A DNA stretch of 64,000 nucleotides from Eledone cirrhosa (Eukaryota). The stretch lies in contig OZ024740.1 of assembly GCA_964016885.1 (NCBI GenBank), positions 185,566,001 through 185,630,000 on the forward strand, given 5' to 3'. Below the pieces are notes generated by a model that worked only from the letters and a program-made list of their open reading frames with translations, ran no database searches and was not told the origin of the DNA. The position numbers were made by a program, and so were the translations under genes. Positions 40,739 to 55,490 of the stretch are shown in pieces; the first letter of the stretch is position 1; every line of letters begins with the position of its first letter.

Positions 40739-43202
40739 TACCCCCCCCCCCACAACAAAAATGGGATAGTCACGTTTCGTATGAAGTTGAACTAATCGAT
40801 ATCATATGAGCTGTAAGTCCTCGTTTTCATGTGATAGTCTATCGACTGCTGCTCATAGCAAAGGGGATATTTGGTCTTGTATTAGAACGAGAGAACCTCC
40901 CAAAAGCACATTAAAAGTTTATAATACAAGCAATAGTCAACTGCCGTTGTGAATGAAGTGTTCAATCTAAAAATATTATCCAGCGTTATGTGTGTGTGGG
41001 GATCTGAACATATTAGATATATTGAAATAATAGATGTATATTATCACTGTGAATATTCGGCCTTGTTTTATTAACTGATGAAATCCATTGTGTTTCGAAC
41101 AAAATGCTTGCACAACAAACAAGAATTTAAATTGGTAAAGGAAGAATGATCGAATTATATTTATTCATTTAACATTTCTTTTTTTAAATCTTGCGAATAA
41201 TTTTAAAAACACTTTCATGATTGAGCGGTCACATGGGTATGTAGAGTTTATTTTTCATGTATACTCTTTTTAACGTTTTTGGTTAAGGAATATTGCAGGG
41301 TAAGGTTATTAGTCATTTATCATGTGCACTGGTTATTTACTTGGCACTAATGCAACTCTTGTCATTGTCAGATATCATATCTAACAACAGGATGCTGATA
41401 CTTTTCAATTAAAACCGCTCCTCTTCGAAAACAAAAGATGCAAAGCAAAAATACAAGCATTGATACTCAAATAGCAATGATGTTCGTGAATGAAATACAT
41501 TCAGAGTGAATAATTAAATTTCTAGCAGTTTAATTTCCACATCGCAGGGTTTTGTGTTTCGATATTTTCTCAAAAGTAGGGCAATTGAATGAATCATATA
41601 ACGGAATACCGGATATTTCGATTTGCCTATATAATCCTATCTGAATCACTATATAATATTTAAAATGTTCAATACATGGAATTGCATTAATCAAACAACA
41701 TCTTTAAACGAATAACAATTTTCACGTTTATTTATTCTTAAATAAATATAAAATTATATCTTAGTTCCTTTTCTAAAGCTTGCATTTCCATTAATGGCTT
41801 TCCGATGGTTTGGAAATAATTGGTGTCATATATATAAATTAATTGTTAAATTGAGTTTTCCCTTATATACTTAACTAACTATTTTCTAATAATTTTAAGA
41901 GTTTTCTACGGTTCAAGGAGAGGTTGTACGCTTATTGTATTTGTTTTAAGGTCATTTTGATAATGTGGTCAGATTGCTGATGGTGAAATTGGATGTTGCC
42001 AGATTTATCGACAGGTTTCCTGGATTCATACATAGATATTACATACTTACGCGTACTAACAGCCTAATTCTTTAGCAAACATGATGGGAGAACACGTACC
42101 CAAAGCTAGAGTTCGCGTTAGAAAATAAAGTATCAATAGAAAATACAGCGTTTACAATATTACATTATTGAGCGCTAAACATGTTCTTTCACCTGTATCT
42201 CATACACAACGTTAAACTCTATACACTATAACAGAGAATGAATATGCAATATATAATACAGGGCAATGGATATGAAGCGAAAGGTTTTTATATGCAATAA
42301 CTTTCCTTCCTTCCTTTCTTCCTACATTCCCTTCTGTTTTGGGACCTCAACTCAATGGGTCAGGGTCGTGTCAATTTCCTCCAGGAACACGGAGAATGTT
42401 AAATGAAATCGACAACGAGTGACGAATTTGCTCCAGTTCTTCAAAGGATAGAATGTAGTATTTATTTATATAATCTTAAAGTGGTGCTATTTGAGACAAG
42501 AGAGCCGACAACCGAAATGAACGCAAAGCATTCTATCAAATATGATAACAATTATAGCAATTCACCGCCTTAATACACATACGTACTATTACTCTCTTAC
42601 TTGTTCCAGCCCTTAGGATGTAGCTATTAAAAAATCAGATTATATCTTACGATGTATATTATACCATGCTTGATATTTTTATAGTGTTGCATAAGCGAAA
42701 TGGAAACATAATGTAATTATATTCGTATACATCAATCAAGAAACATTATATATTAGATATTTACAAGAAATAATTTTCAAATACCTTGATTAAAACACAT
42801 TTTTAATCACGTATTCATTTCAATTTGTAAATATATTACCATTAAATATCTACTTTTAAACTACTTGACATAAATGGACCTGTAACGATGACCTAACCGT
42901 ACAGGTTATTGAGTTTTATACATATTGGTGGTGTATTATAGAGTTGCTTTTCGATTAAATATTAGTTTAATTGATACGAGATGAATAATCAATGTAAACA
43001 TTTTATGAGCAACGAGTATCAAATTAATTAGTATTTTTGAAAAGACTCTGCGTGTTTACTTTAGTTATTTCAATGCCAAGCCATGCTTGATACGAGAAAA
43101 TTGATTATGTTTATAGCTAAAACGAGCTGAATATTTTCCAGATTCTCCTTCGATTAATTTCACCCAGGCACCATTCTCTTTGTGTGTCTGTTCCTCTCTC
43201 TC

Positions 43203-43249
<47 letters not shown>

Positions 43250-43731
43250 CTATCTCTCTCTTTCTCCCTTGCCTTTAGTTTTTAGGCTGTAGGGATATTG
43301 GCACACCATCTACCCTGGTTTTAATCGTGCTATAAACCCCAGTTTCGGCTTATAGAGATGTTCTTCGAATTTGGAAGGAGTTAAAGGTAATGGCTACAGG
43401 GAGAAACAGGAATCTTTTGTTTACATACGGCGAACCGGTGTTTCCACTTCTTTCAAATAAACGTAAAAAGAAGGAAAGAAGTAATTGTGATAACTCACTC
43501 TTTTCGTGTGTATGATAGAGAGAGAGAGGGTGTGTCTGTTGGGTATGTGTGAATGGCTCTATGTTCGTGCGTGTTTTAACTTAGTGTTACAGATGGATAA
43601 TTTTCTATTTGATAAGAAATTTCGTCTGGGGTATTGAGTCACGAAAACGATGTTTGTGTATAAATACTGAATATCGTTAAATGCCATTTTATATGGAATA
43701 CATTTTTTAATAAAACAATAAAGCCATTCCA

Positions 43732-43792
<61 letters not shown>

Positions 43793-46700
43793 TGTATATA
43801 TATGTGTGTGTGTGTGTGTATATAGAGAGATGGGGGCAGCGAGACAGAGAGAGCAAAATTAACACAACGAGGAGAATACATGCAAGAGATATGGGCATAC
43901 GAAAAGCTATATTCGTTTCTCCCACCATCGAAACCGTTAAAGGGTGACAGACGGCCACTGCAAAGAAAGGCAATGTGGACAAAACAGATTCTTTCGAATG
44001 TAAATATACAATGTTTACAAATTTTAACCTGCAAATCTTTATTTCTTCACTTCCACTATTCCATCGCTGTCTGTCTGTATGTATGTCACTCTTTCTTTCT
44101 GTCTCTCCCCCTTCTCTCCTTTTCTCTTACTCCCTCTTTTGTCTTATTTCTTTCCCACGTAGAATGCCTGCCATGTAAGTTTCAGCCTTACTTCCCCGTC
44201 ACTTTATAAACCACATTTTACGACCGATTCTCGATGGGTAAGCGCCACCTGCGTCTCTCTCGCCCACATTAATCGTTTATTCTTCTGCAATTTTCTCTTA
44301 TTACATTCCCACTTCTTTGAATGTTATTTTAAGAAACATGACTTTTCTGACTGATAGTTTTTTGTTAAAATCACTGCTACACATTACTCCACATTTTTGA
44401 ATACCATAAACTACATTGAACAACGTGTCTTTTATTTTAATGTGTAGGTTGCTAATACGATATTTTATTGCTATTTCGCACTGTTGAGGTCGAGTCGTTC
44501 GCCTGATTTAGATTGCGAGGTAGATGCAGTTGGTGTTTACGACTATTATGAGTTGTATTTATTTGGCTTTATTTGAAGAAGATATCCATGAGTGTCTGAC
44601 TTTATCCAGTAAAGACAAAACATATTAAGCTTGAAAAATACTTTAAGTAATGTAAAATTAGAGAAATATATATATGAATTTCTTACGTATTACTATGATT
44701 TTTAAAGCATTTTTTTCAATATTATAAACACCCTTTGCATAAATATTTTCACTAATATTGATTTGTAAAATAACCGTATTTGGATAAATTTGAAAATGCG
44801 GACCTCATCGCACGATGCAGCAAAATATCCATGCTTCGACCACTTGAAATCTTGTATAATCACGTGGATGATGGAATTATCTCTATGTGCTTATTTCTAT
44901 ATTTCTATTTCTACTAATTGATATTTCGCAATGATGTAAAGAATATTCGATTGTCAAGAGAAAACAAACATTTAGATACCTCTAGTGTTGGTCCGAGAAA
45001 CCTAGACAATTCTCCTCTCAATGGTATTTGAAACTTAGAAAATATTCTAATATATACTTAACGAATATTGTGTCGTTTGCCGAGGAGGACAATTATAGAG
45101 AGTCGATGCGCATGCTTGGGATATTAAAAAAAGATTATACAGTTGAGACAAATACTTTATTAGAAAATAGTTGTTTTAAAGAAGTAGGGTACTAAATAGT
45201 GTATTGTTTAGAGCTAACACTAATTTCATTTTGATATATTTCATGTGTGGTGTAGAAAATGAAACATAAATACACTGTGTATTTAGTTTCATAGCCACCC
45301 TTAAATCGTATTGTGCACAAAAAGATGACAAACTGGCAGAACCGTTAAATCTCCGAAAAGAAATGCCTTGAGGCATATGCTTCGATTCTTTAAATGTTGC
45401 CGAGGTCGATTTGGTCTTTCCCCCCTATTGGATAAATAAAACAGCTGTCATGTTCTGGAAGTGTTTCTAGCAATTCTTAGGTTGGAACAAGGTATGTTGA
45501 ACGGCTCAAGAAATTGACGTTCGCATTGTGCCTCTGCTAACCATTTCACTATCAATCTGTGTACTCGCTAGGCAAGTTTTCTAAGTTTTGTTATATCATG
45601 ATCATGACAATATCCTAAGGCATTGCAATCTATTGTAATACCTCAGTGTAGTAAATACTTTGTATCAATCAAAAGACATCCCTATGTGGTCGCTCGACAA
45701 CCTTGATATACACTTTTCCATCAATTAACACCATACTGGTTTGAACGAAGGAAAGGTATATAAAATATTGCACTCCTAGGATACAGGTGTATATGAATAA
45801 AATATGCGATAATGAAGCCTGAATATGATTTTGATCATGTAATTGCTTACTGATGATGGACTTAGTGCTGAACAACAACTCCATAGACATGTCTCCTCAA
45901 TTGGCCTTTGTCCTAAGGTGATCAGTATATTCTTAATATAGCGTGCATGTGAAACTCAACATATCTTTCAAGCAAAGTTTATCTGAAACAGAGGCATTCA
46001 AGATGCAAATTACATTATCTATCCTAATGTTTCTTAGCATTATTTCTCTGTCTCATTTCAGAAAATTCACTTCTTAGAAAACCGATGTGGTATTTGTACT
46101 TTCTTTTCAGATTTTTCTCCTTATAACCTCTGCATTCATTGTATACAAATCGACCATATACGATTATATACTGGAAATTATTCATTTACGCACGCTGCAT
46201 AATATTGATAACAAACGCTGTATTTTCTAAGTCGAATGATACGCAATAAATTGAGATTTCGTGGTACATATGTATTCCAAGTTGGATATGTTCCGCTTAA
46301 TGCACATATCAAATGAAAGCATTTAGCACTTATTGCATTAATGGTGCCACTTGTCTGGAAACTGGAAAGTATTTTATCACAGATTCTATTGTTCTCAAAT
46401 AAAATACTGTGTTGGTTTCTTTCATGAGATGTTTTATTATCTCCCATTTTGATCGGCGACCGAGTATCTACAGAGGTTCATAAAAGAGATAAATAGCTTT
46501 ATAGGCAATTGAATAGGTCTTTTCTAAGTCGGCTTCTGTTGATTCGTCTTTCATTAAACCATTACCCCGGTTTCAATATCTACACCAGTAGATTAACCAT
46601 ACCGTTGATAAAAAAGAGACAGAAAATACGTCACTTCATTGTTCAAGTTAATTTGCTTATATCTAAAAAAACATTGTATCGTTAGTTAGCGTCGATATAT

Positions 46701-48981
46701 TTTCTTATTTAACAACAATTGAAAGACTGCCCCTCTCAGAATAGAGTGTATAACTAGGTGTTTGACAATATATACATGTATATTAACAAACGTTCCAGTT
46801 ATCCCGCATGATGTGTTTTGATCACAAACAATATTTGTAGTTTTTGAAGCTTAATGAAAGACTTGCAATGTACATGAGAATGCCTATTCAACTTAGGCTT
46901 TAAGCACACTACCACAGTGACAGTTGTCGTTTAATAGATGATAAGTTAGATGATATATTCTATGTAAAGGTTATATGGATATTTTCAGGAAGAAATTATT
47001 TACCTAATTATATGAACACTACTGAACACTGCTAAATATTAAGATGGATTTTAAGGATTAACATTACATGATTGTTGTTATTTTAGGGAAGTTTACATTA
47101 TATATTATGCTACATGCAAAAGTGTGTGAGTAAAATCTCAACTAGTGGTTCGCTTAAATGTTTCCTCACTATAATTTAAGAGATGTCATCAAATCTATAT
47201 CGCTTTTCATGTGAATTTAAAATGTCATGGCGACCCTATATTTCTTCTCTGAGTTCAAATCGCTATCGCCTTTTTAATCATAAGTCACAAATAACAATGT
47301 GTCAGATTTTCTGTAGGTGAAAATTATGGTCATTCGGTATATGGATATTATTCGATTTTAACTTGTTTCAACATATTTATTTTATTAATCGAAAATCGAT
47401 GAAAACTCAATTAAATTCGATAAATATTTGTTCATAGAAATATCCCGCAATGCACTAGACCACCCCAAAATGGGGTTTGGCTGGATAGCACGTGGAATGG
47501 CCTTGACTATTCTATTAATGTTTTGGCCATCTGTAACATATTGATAAGAAAACAGTCAATTGTTTACATCAATATTCTTATGTTGATTTTATCCATATTT
47601 CACATAGGATATTCAACACAATATATCTTATACATAGAATAATCAGCCTATAACTGACAAATCCTATTTTTGAACATATTTTCGAAATAATTTTCATTAT
47701 TCTGTGTCATATTATATTTAAAATAACGGATGCTCAGGTTACGAGTATTGTCAAGAAAAAAATACACACACACACCTTATAATCTTCACTTTTTCACTTT
47801 ATCTTTATTACTAGTTATTCGTTAGTACGTGAACGATCTTTCGTCACACATTATGTGACCTCTCCAATAACTATATACTCTCTTTGTGTCTGTTTCTATT
47901 TCTGCTCTTAATCTCTTGTTCCATGTTGTCTCTTCCTCATGCATCACCTAAAATCCTCAACTTAAATAACTTTCATATGATTATTTAGGATGTCACATAA
48001 ACACTTTAAGCGATAAGTTGAAACCTGCATAGCCATTAAACAAATTTGAAATAAAATAAATATTGCATCCGTTCTTGTAGATAAAGCATTGGTGGTAAAT
48101 AACAATATAAGTAAAGCACCTGACAAATGTCGTATAATATTTAATTGCGACGAATTACATCGTCAGTTCAATTGCAGCTAGACTCACATGTGTCTGTCAG
48201 TCAATCGGAATAGCTGAACTTAGTAATTTATCGATGTGGAAAAAAATCGACTGTTCACACAATGTCGGTCCTTATGTCTGTGTTAGAAATTATAGTTAAA
48301 TATAACTGATAGCTACTATGCTTCAAGGATTTTCTTTTCTTTTCGCTAACTCTTCAGGTATTCAATATAAATCAAATAATTTTATGTAGAACAAGCAGCA
48401 AGAGACAGTTGTTTTTCACATAATATCTCAAATAGTTCAGTCTCGGTTCGTAAGTCAGTATCACGCATGAATAATTACTATAACTATGAAAGCAGAAGCG
48501 TTTAATCGACATGTCTAAGCCATCGCATGTAAGTAAATAAAAAAAAAATAAAACAATTTTTGATATTATTCTTTTCCCCAGAGCTGAAGTAGTAAATTCC
48601 TGTTCTCATCTATAAGACATTTACCTTGTTCTTCAGTTCAAGTCCGTAAACACTATCTTTGATCAATTCTAGCAAGCCGAAATATGGATAAGTTATATGA
48701 ATACACCAATTAACCTCTATGTATTTACCAAACAATGACTTCTAGGTCAGTCGATAAGTTTTGAATCGAAAACATAACATTATCTCATGTCTGGGGCAGA
48801 AGAACTGCAACATAAATTTATTAATTGCAATGCTGAAATTCTGTTATTCAAGCAATGCTTCATTGGATTATGCACGCAAACCGCCGTAGTGTAATAACGC
48901 TGATATTATATGTACATTGGACTTAATATTAAATCGTTATTCGGAGAAAGAATCGAACGAAAGTCGGTCGCAAATTCGTAA

Positions 48982-49181
48982 TCATAATCATTCGTAATGA
49001 CACAAAATAAGGGGCACATACAAACACACATGCATTTCCACACACACACACATACACTTAAATACTTCACTCAGTCATATTCATAATCATTCGTAATGTC
49101 ACAAAATAAGGAGAACATACATGCACCCATGCATTTACACACACACACACATACACATACATCACTCAGTCATATTCATAA
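48982..49181. repeat. Tandem duplication, ~99-bp unit x2
   Basis: tcataatcattcgtaatg(a/t)cacaaaataagg...cactcagtcatat repeated at 48982 and 49081. Confidence 0.85.
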
Positions 49182-49189
49182 ATACGCCG

Positions 49190-49269
<80 letters not shown>

Positions 49270-50302
49270 GGGGCCTACCTTGTGTGCTTGGAAAAATAAA
49301 TTTCCCCTTCTTTCGGTAAATGAAAATACTCGGAGTGGCTTAATTCGCCCCGGGGGGCCCGGAGCGCGGCCGGTTTTTAACCGCCACATAGTACCTTTAG
49401 ATTACAGATCAAATCAGAACTATTAGATATATCAACCTTAAAATGTTAAACTGTTTAACTTTAAATTTTCTAATTTCTCTGATATTAATTATTAATCATT
49501 AATCTTTGACTTCATCCTATAAGTCTAAACAAAAACGTAACGTTTCAATCTTCTGCTCACACATTATAACACACTGACCCCCACTATATTCACCTCTGCT
49601 AAGATACGGGTCCCTGTGAACATTTTCTCGCGCCACTCCTGGCCTGACTGTAGTCTGACATTAATATCGACCTTTCTTCCACTTTCTTTCTATCTTCCCT
49701 CTTGTAGCCACCAACCCTTACTCTTCTACTTCTTCCTTTTCTTCCTTCTTTTCTCCCCTCTTTATGTCTTCCTCCCGCAGACTTATCTTCCTTCCCCCCT
49801 TTTTGTTCGCCTATATCTGACCAGTAGTAGTTGTTTAGACACGGGTCCCGTAGAATAAAAAAATTTCTTCGCGACTATCCTGGCCTGACTGTCATACCGA
49901 CCTTCCCTTCTCTTTCTTTCTGTCTTTCTTCTAATAGCTGACATTAACCCTGGCTTTTCTTCTTCTTCCTTCCCCCTTCTTCTCTCTCCTTCCTTTCTTT
50001 CTTTCTTTTGTCTTGTAACTTATGTTCCCATCCCTTTCTGTTTTCCTTTATCTGACCGGTAGTAGCACACTGTGAACTTTAGCCACGTCACTCGAGGGCG
50101 AGCGGCTAAGGTAGAGGGTGCAAGATAGTGGTCGCCCTCGGGTCCTCGATTTTCAGCCCCATGGATTTTATCTATTACATCCATGCATTATATTTCGAAT
50201 ACCTGATGATATCACCGGATTCATACGGAACCCGGTCATTGAAATGATCATAGTACAATAAACCTTTCAAGGATTTACACAAATCCAGCCTCCTGCCGTT
50301 TC

Positions 50303-50310
<8 letters not shown>
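49270..50310 (+). mobile_element. ~1-kb non-coding (TA)n-nested element with internal 235-bp tandem duplication and 3' hammerhead
   Basis: TA tracts on both sides; acgggtccc...cctggcctgactg...tatctgacc(a/g)gtagtag at 49606-49830 and 49841-50065; hairpin cgagggcga/tcgccctcg ~50093-50140; hammerhead and AATAAA near the 3' end. Confidence 0.65.
50200..50255 (+). ncRNA. Type I hammerhead ribozyme with long stem II
   Basis: tac-CTGATGA-t-atcaccggattc-atacg-gaacccggtcat-t-GAAA-tgatca-TA-gta, then AATAAA at 50257. Palindromic stem III AUGAUCAU; two mismatches in stem II. Confidence 0.75.
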
Positions 50311-50376
<66 letters not shown>

Positions 50377-50506
50377 CGAAAAACGCTGAAATTTCGTTGT
50401 TTTTTTCTCATTATATACACTCTGCCTCTACATCAAGTGGTCATAGTGTTGCCACAAACAGTAATTCAACGATGGCCCTCTCTCTCTCTGGCTCTCTCTC
50501 TCATTG

Positions 50507-50584
<78 letters not shown>

Positions 50585-50630
50585 CATTTTAGTAAGTAAG
50601 TTAATTTTTATAATTTTCTTATTTTACGTC

Positions 50631-50703
<73 letters not shown>

Positions 50704-53700
50704 TATGTGCGTATTTATGAGTATCAATGAGTGAAGGTGCGATCTCCAGTTGATAATGTTGTACTTACGATTATAAGGTCATTGATTCGATTCCGGCATC
50801 GAGGGTGCGTTGACACATTTTGTTTCTGAGCAATATTGAACTATTTAGTTATCTAATTCTAAACATCTATGGTAATAGATTAAAAAATGTATGGACTATC
50901 AGAAAAATGCTTGGCTCTTTAGTTACGTCTCATGTTATTGTCTCAATTAATGCCAAGCTTGACTTTGAGTTTTATACTTCCAGCTTCAATGGAATAATAT
51001 AGCAAGGAATATAATATTTTATTGCGTGACTTTGTGACTATTTTAGAGATGTGTGTTTTAAGAGGATTGCTAAAATTATCCATATACTGTTTATTATATG
51101 GTTCAAAATTAAGTGTCCAAAATAACTTTATTTCAGGTGTAAGTACACTGTTCTTGTGTAGTTTAAATAGCAGTTATTTTGAAGAACATGGTTGTGTTTA
51201 ATCGGCCTTTCAGTGTACTGTAATCATCAAGAGATTGAAAACATTAGTTACCAGTTTAAACAATATGAATGGGGATCATGGAATTTAAAGTCAACTGCGT
51301 AACGGCTGAATTCAACTACCATTTATTATGTATTAGTAATACGTAAGACAAATTTGAGCACCCGTCAGTACCTCACAATTAGTTTGGATTATTCAAAATA
51401 AGGTTGCTGTAGGATGCTGAATGTTGTTTCTGTTAGCGGCCACATTTCTCTGCGCCATTTCCAAATGCCAAATCATTTTTTTATTGCTTGTCTTTCCTTT
51501 ATCTTTTGATTATGCAATACCCTTCGAATGTATCATTCAATCCAGATATAGATAATGGAATGAGCGGGCATAGTTGGTATTTGGGAAAGGGATCTATATC
51601 TCCAATACTGTCTGTTGGGATGTTGTTGGGAAAGAGACAACGACAGTTTCCTGGATACCTTTTTCTAGCAATTTAATATAGTGCGGTTCATCAGTTCGTT
51701 TATATTTGTTAGCAAAGTGTTGGCATTTTGGCTGTTAACAATTGCACTAGCCATAATTATTGATGAAGCTGTCATTCATTTTCCTATTAGTTTATAACCT
51801 GTCGAATAAGTAGTTTTTTTTTCGAAATATTTAATTAGGGATTAAAATTGTATAAGAAATCTAATAACAACTATTGTACACATATAATCATCCAACAACC
51901 AGTATGAATCTGCAACAGGATAGGCATGTTATCCATCTATAAAACAACAAAAACAACAAAACCCCAGTTGACTCCACTTCAAAAACCACAAAACCCAAGT
52001 TGACTGCACTTCAAAAAACACTTCACAAGACTTAATAAATCTTAAGTGAGACACACAATCTCCTATACATATTTAGTTAAGATTCAAGTGAAATTAGAAA
52101 TTATGTAATTAATTATTTGCTGAGATAAACAATCTATACAGTATAAGGGGAACTTGAGGTGTGTATGCGTGTGCGAGTGCGCAGATTTCATGCACTGTTA
52201 TCTCTGCTCATATGCTTGGGAAACGTTATTCATTATACAATACACGTATACGGGATATCCTTTAGATTATGCCCCTGTGCGTTCATATTTGAATGTATTT
52301 CTTGTGAGTTGCTTCATATAAATTATTAATGTAGTTGAAGGTTTAGAAATCAAAATATGTTAACATTTGTTAGCTATTCTAAATATATGATTATTGTTAA
52401 AGAGAATCTATATATTAGGCATAATCCTCGAATGAAAGTGCCCAAATGCTAGCGTATAAGAAGAATATAGGTAAGAAGAATATTTACAGAAAATTTTGTT
52501 TCAAAACTAGTTTCCATGAATTTATTCATAATTTTTCGAAAATAAGAGGCAATTGAAAAAACAAACAAAGACGTGAAGGACAAGATAAAATCTGATACTA
52601 CATATTGTGTACAGATGTTGATCTCAAACTGGGCAAGTTGAAATATAAAGTTAATTTCAGTTGCATATGAACAAAGCACATAAAACTGTTGTCATTAAAT
52701 ATCGCAAATATCTCTTCGACGTTTCTGACACACAAACTGTGTGAATATTGTTATTACAACAACTAAAACCATAAATGCTCATATTGTTGCATTTATTTGT
52801 GAGGGAACAGAATATTTTATTGATTCGCGAATAAACCAGCATGGAATTTGAGCTCTTGTACAATTCTACCAGAAACCATGTTCAACTTAAATGCTAATGA
52901 ATGCAACGTTAATCTCTGCTTTCAGGAATCTATACAAGCGAATACTAATTTATCAGCACGTCACAATACCAGACATTTTGAAGTAGGAATTATTTTCATA
53001 AAATGAATTCAGCATTTGAATGGCACTTTATATTTTCGACCTCCAGATGCATGAAAATCGAGCTTGATATATATATATATACACATATTAGTAACAGAAT
53101 GTGATTCATTGATTTGAATATACAAACACTCTCCATAGTTATCTAGTGCTGAAAGCATTAAAAAAACAATATAATGTTTTTTGCCCGCCTTCTTTTTTTC
53201 TTTCCCCGCTTTCGTTTTTTAATGCTAACACCTAAGTCTACTACAATTTAATTTAATGCTTGACACACACCGATGATGTTGACGACAAGACAAAATGCAC
53301 AAGTTATAGATGAATATTCTCTAATAAAAAAGTTGGTACCTAAGTATCTATGGAGACATATATCACCTCTATAGTCCCATTAGATATTTCCTTCCATAAG
53401 ATTTCCTTCCATAAGATTTCCTATCATAAGATAGCAGTTATATGCTCATGCTGAATAAATCGATTATATACCCTATTACAACAATAAATGTCCCTGTACC
53501 AAATGAATAAAATCGATAACTATTTCATTAATGAAATAGTGGATTGGTTATGCAACAGTGAAAATAGCAGTAGCTATTTTGGGGAATGATATGACAACTA
53601 AAAGAGACGTGTGCAAAAGGAAAATAAGATCAAGGAATGTTTTCTCAGGGGTAAAACGAACCAATCGTTCCATGTTCTACTTTGTTCATGTAAAATTAAT

Positions 53701-54188
53701 AAGATTTACCTCGTCTTAACGAAATAATTAAAAACTCAGAAGATTCTCAATTGCGTGTCTGAAATACAACCGTATCATTAGCGACTCAAAGAATTTATTG
53801 ATTTTTAGCAATTAATTTTCAAGAACTGATATGTGTAATTGATTCTCAAATAAGCATCACACATCAAATATTCTGGAAGGCATCATGGGATTGTGAGAGG
53901 CTCATCACATTTGTGAGGGCATTGCTGACGTAACAAGACACATTTTCATAATTTAATTACAACAGAGAAACTGCATATGGCACCGTCATTATTTAATCTA
54001 AGGTTAATATTGATTTCAGGCATAGGTACGAGGCCATAAATTGTCATCGACACCAACACTTGACTGAAACTTTGTTTTTTTTTTCACATTGAAATAACGA
54101 AACGTGAAGTCGGCTGCGGAGCGATTTGAAATCTGAACGTAAAGGAACATTACTAAATACCCAAGTGTATTAATTGTATGTAAATTTT

Positions 54189-54530
54189 GCACAAGGCCAA
54201 CAATCTAATAGGAAGAAGACTGTAAATTAAATCGACCCGGCTGGTTTACTGGTAATATATATTGTCGGCACCATAATGATCTAAAGCAAAGTTAACCTCA
54301 GTGGGATTTGAACTCAGAATGTACATGGCCTTAATTATATGCTACAAAGCATGTTTTCTGACATCTCTACCGATACTGATCTCACAGTCTAATAATAATA
54401 ATAGTTTATCATATAGACACAAGAGTAGCAATTTGGGAGAAGTCAAATACGTTGACCTAGTACTTGACTGGTTTATTTTGGTATCGTCTGCGAAAGGATA
54501 GAAGACAAATTTGACCTAGCCTGGATTCGC
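54189..54530 (-). mobile_element. Old diverged SINE copies
   Basis: gcacaaggcc...aatcgaccc...aagcaaagttaacctcagtgggatttgaactcagaat...ctctaccgatactg, plus a second degenerate copy at ~54410-54530. Confidence 0.65.
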
Positions 54531-55044
54531 ACGTGATTTTTGGGGGCTGGAGAATTAAAAGGATTCGCGACAGAGATATTCTGCTAGAGAACGAGTCGCA
54601 GATAAGGATATGGCCACCAAATATGATGTTTAGTTTTGATATAAGCAGACACCTGCCGGAAGAATAAGCAACCCGGACTAACAATGATAAATTACTAGGG
54701 AAGAGGAGCAATGTGTGGCACTGTTACATCCCAAGAAAACTCTCGCAGCTCAGTGATGTAGCTACGACTGAGCAGCCTCTAAAACAGGCTACTGTTCGGG
54801 GCGGGAGAAAAGTACCAAATTTGGTGGCTATTTTGAACAAGACATCCAGAATACTACAATATGGTCAAAAATAATAAAGGAATTCATATCGCATTGTCTT
54901 TCCAGCGAAATATCAAAGGACACGTTGATAATTTGGGTAGAGGGCTTGTTCGAAAAACATATTGAAAACTCCATCCAACGCTGCAAGAACTGTTAATGGG
55001 CCTCCGACCTCTCCTCGTTGGCGTTGGAAGGACGCACAAATATT

Positions 55045-55490
55045 ACGTATCTAGAGATCTCTCAAAGACGTGTAGCAGTGTGAATATCTGATAGTCTGTA
55101 ATCCATTCTAGGCGATATCCACACTCTTCGTCAGTTATATTGGACTGGGCAATAATTCTGACATTCATTGCCAGATACTTAGCATGGAATTTACCATTGA
55201 GGCATAACAGGGAGTTCCCTCTATAACTGAAGCAATCTCTCTTGTCTCCTATTTTAAAACTGGGATTATAACTCTCGATTGACATTGCTTTTGTACCTTT
55301 CCAGAGATCCAGACCACTCGGCACACCTGCGTCAATCAGAGAATACCTTCTCTGATAATAATCATTTCTATGTTGCCTTCTCAAGCGAGCAAGTTGAAGA
55401 GCATTGGAAATTCGATTAAACCAAGCCACTGCCTTATCGTTTCTTTATTATATCGATTCCGCTGGTATGGGTGCATAAAACCTGCGCGGT
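55045..55490 (-). pseudogene. Degenerate RTE-type LINE reverse transcriptase fragment
   Basis: PSFKIGDKRDCFSYRGNSLLCLNGKFHAK...DEECGYR...TDYQIFTL resembles the non-LTR RT consensus PIFKKGDR.ECSNYRGISLL...GKVYAK...EEQCGFR...TDQIFTL. Confidence 0.8.

Noticed and set aside
43280-44280. Slightly GC/CpG-richer stretch as promoter or first exon
   Set aside because: No recognisable ORF, splice pattern or core promoter that I can support.
48335-48362. Minus-strand CTGAAGA-gttagc-GAAA, also + strand cag|gtattc
   Set aside because: No stem III or stem I for a hammerhead; the donor is too weak for a recursive-site call.
51430-51790. Possible decayed restriction-like-endonuclease LINE (also 10860-11000)
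   Set aside because: Motif similarity too weak to call by eye.
51958-53432. Short tandem repeats (~31-bp x2 at 51958; 15-bp x3 at 53386) as CRISPR-like arrays
   Set aside because: No unique spacers and no cas genes; simple slippage duplications in eukaryotic DNA.
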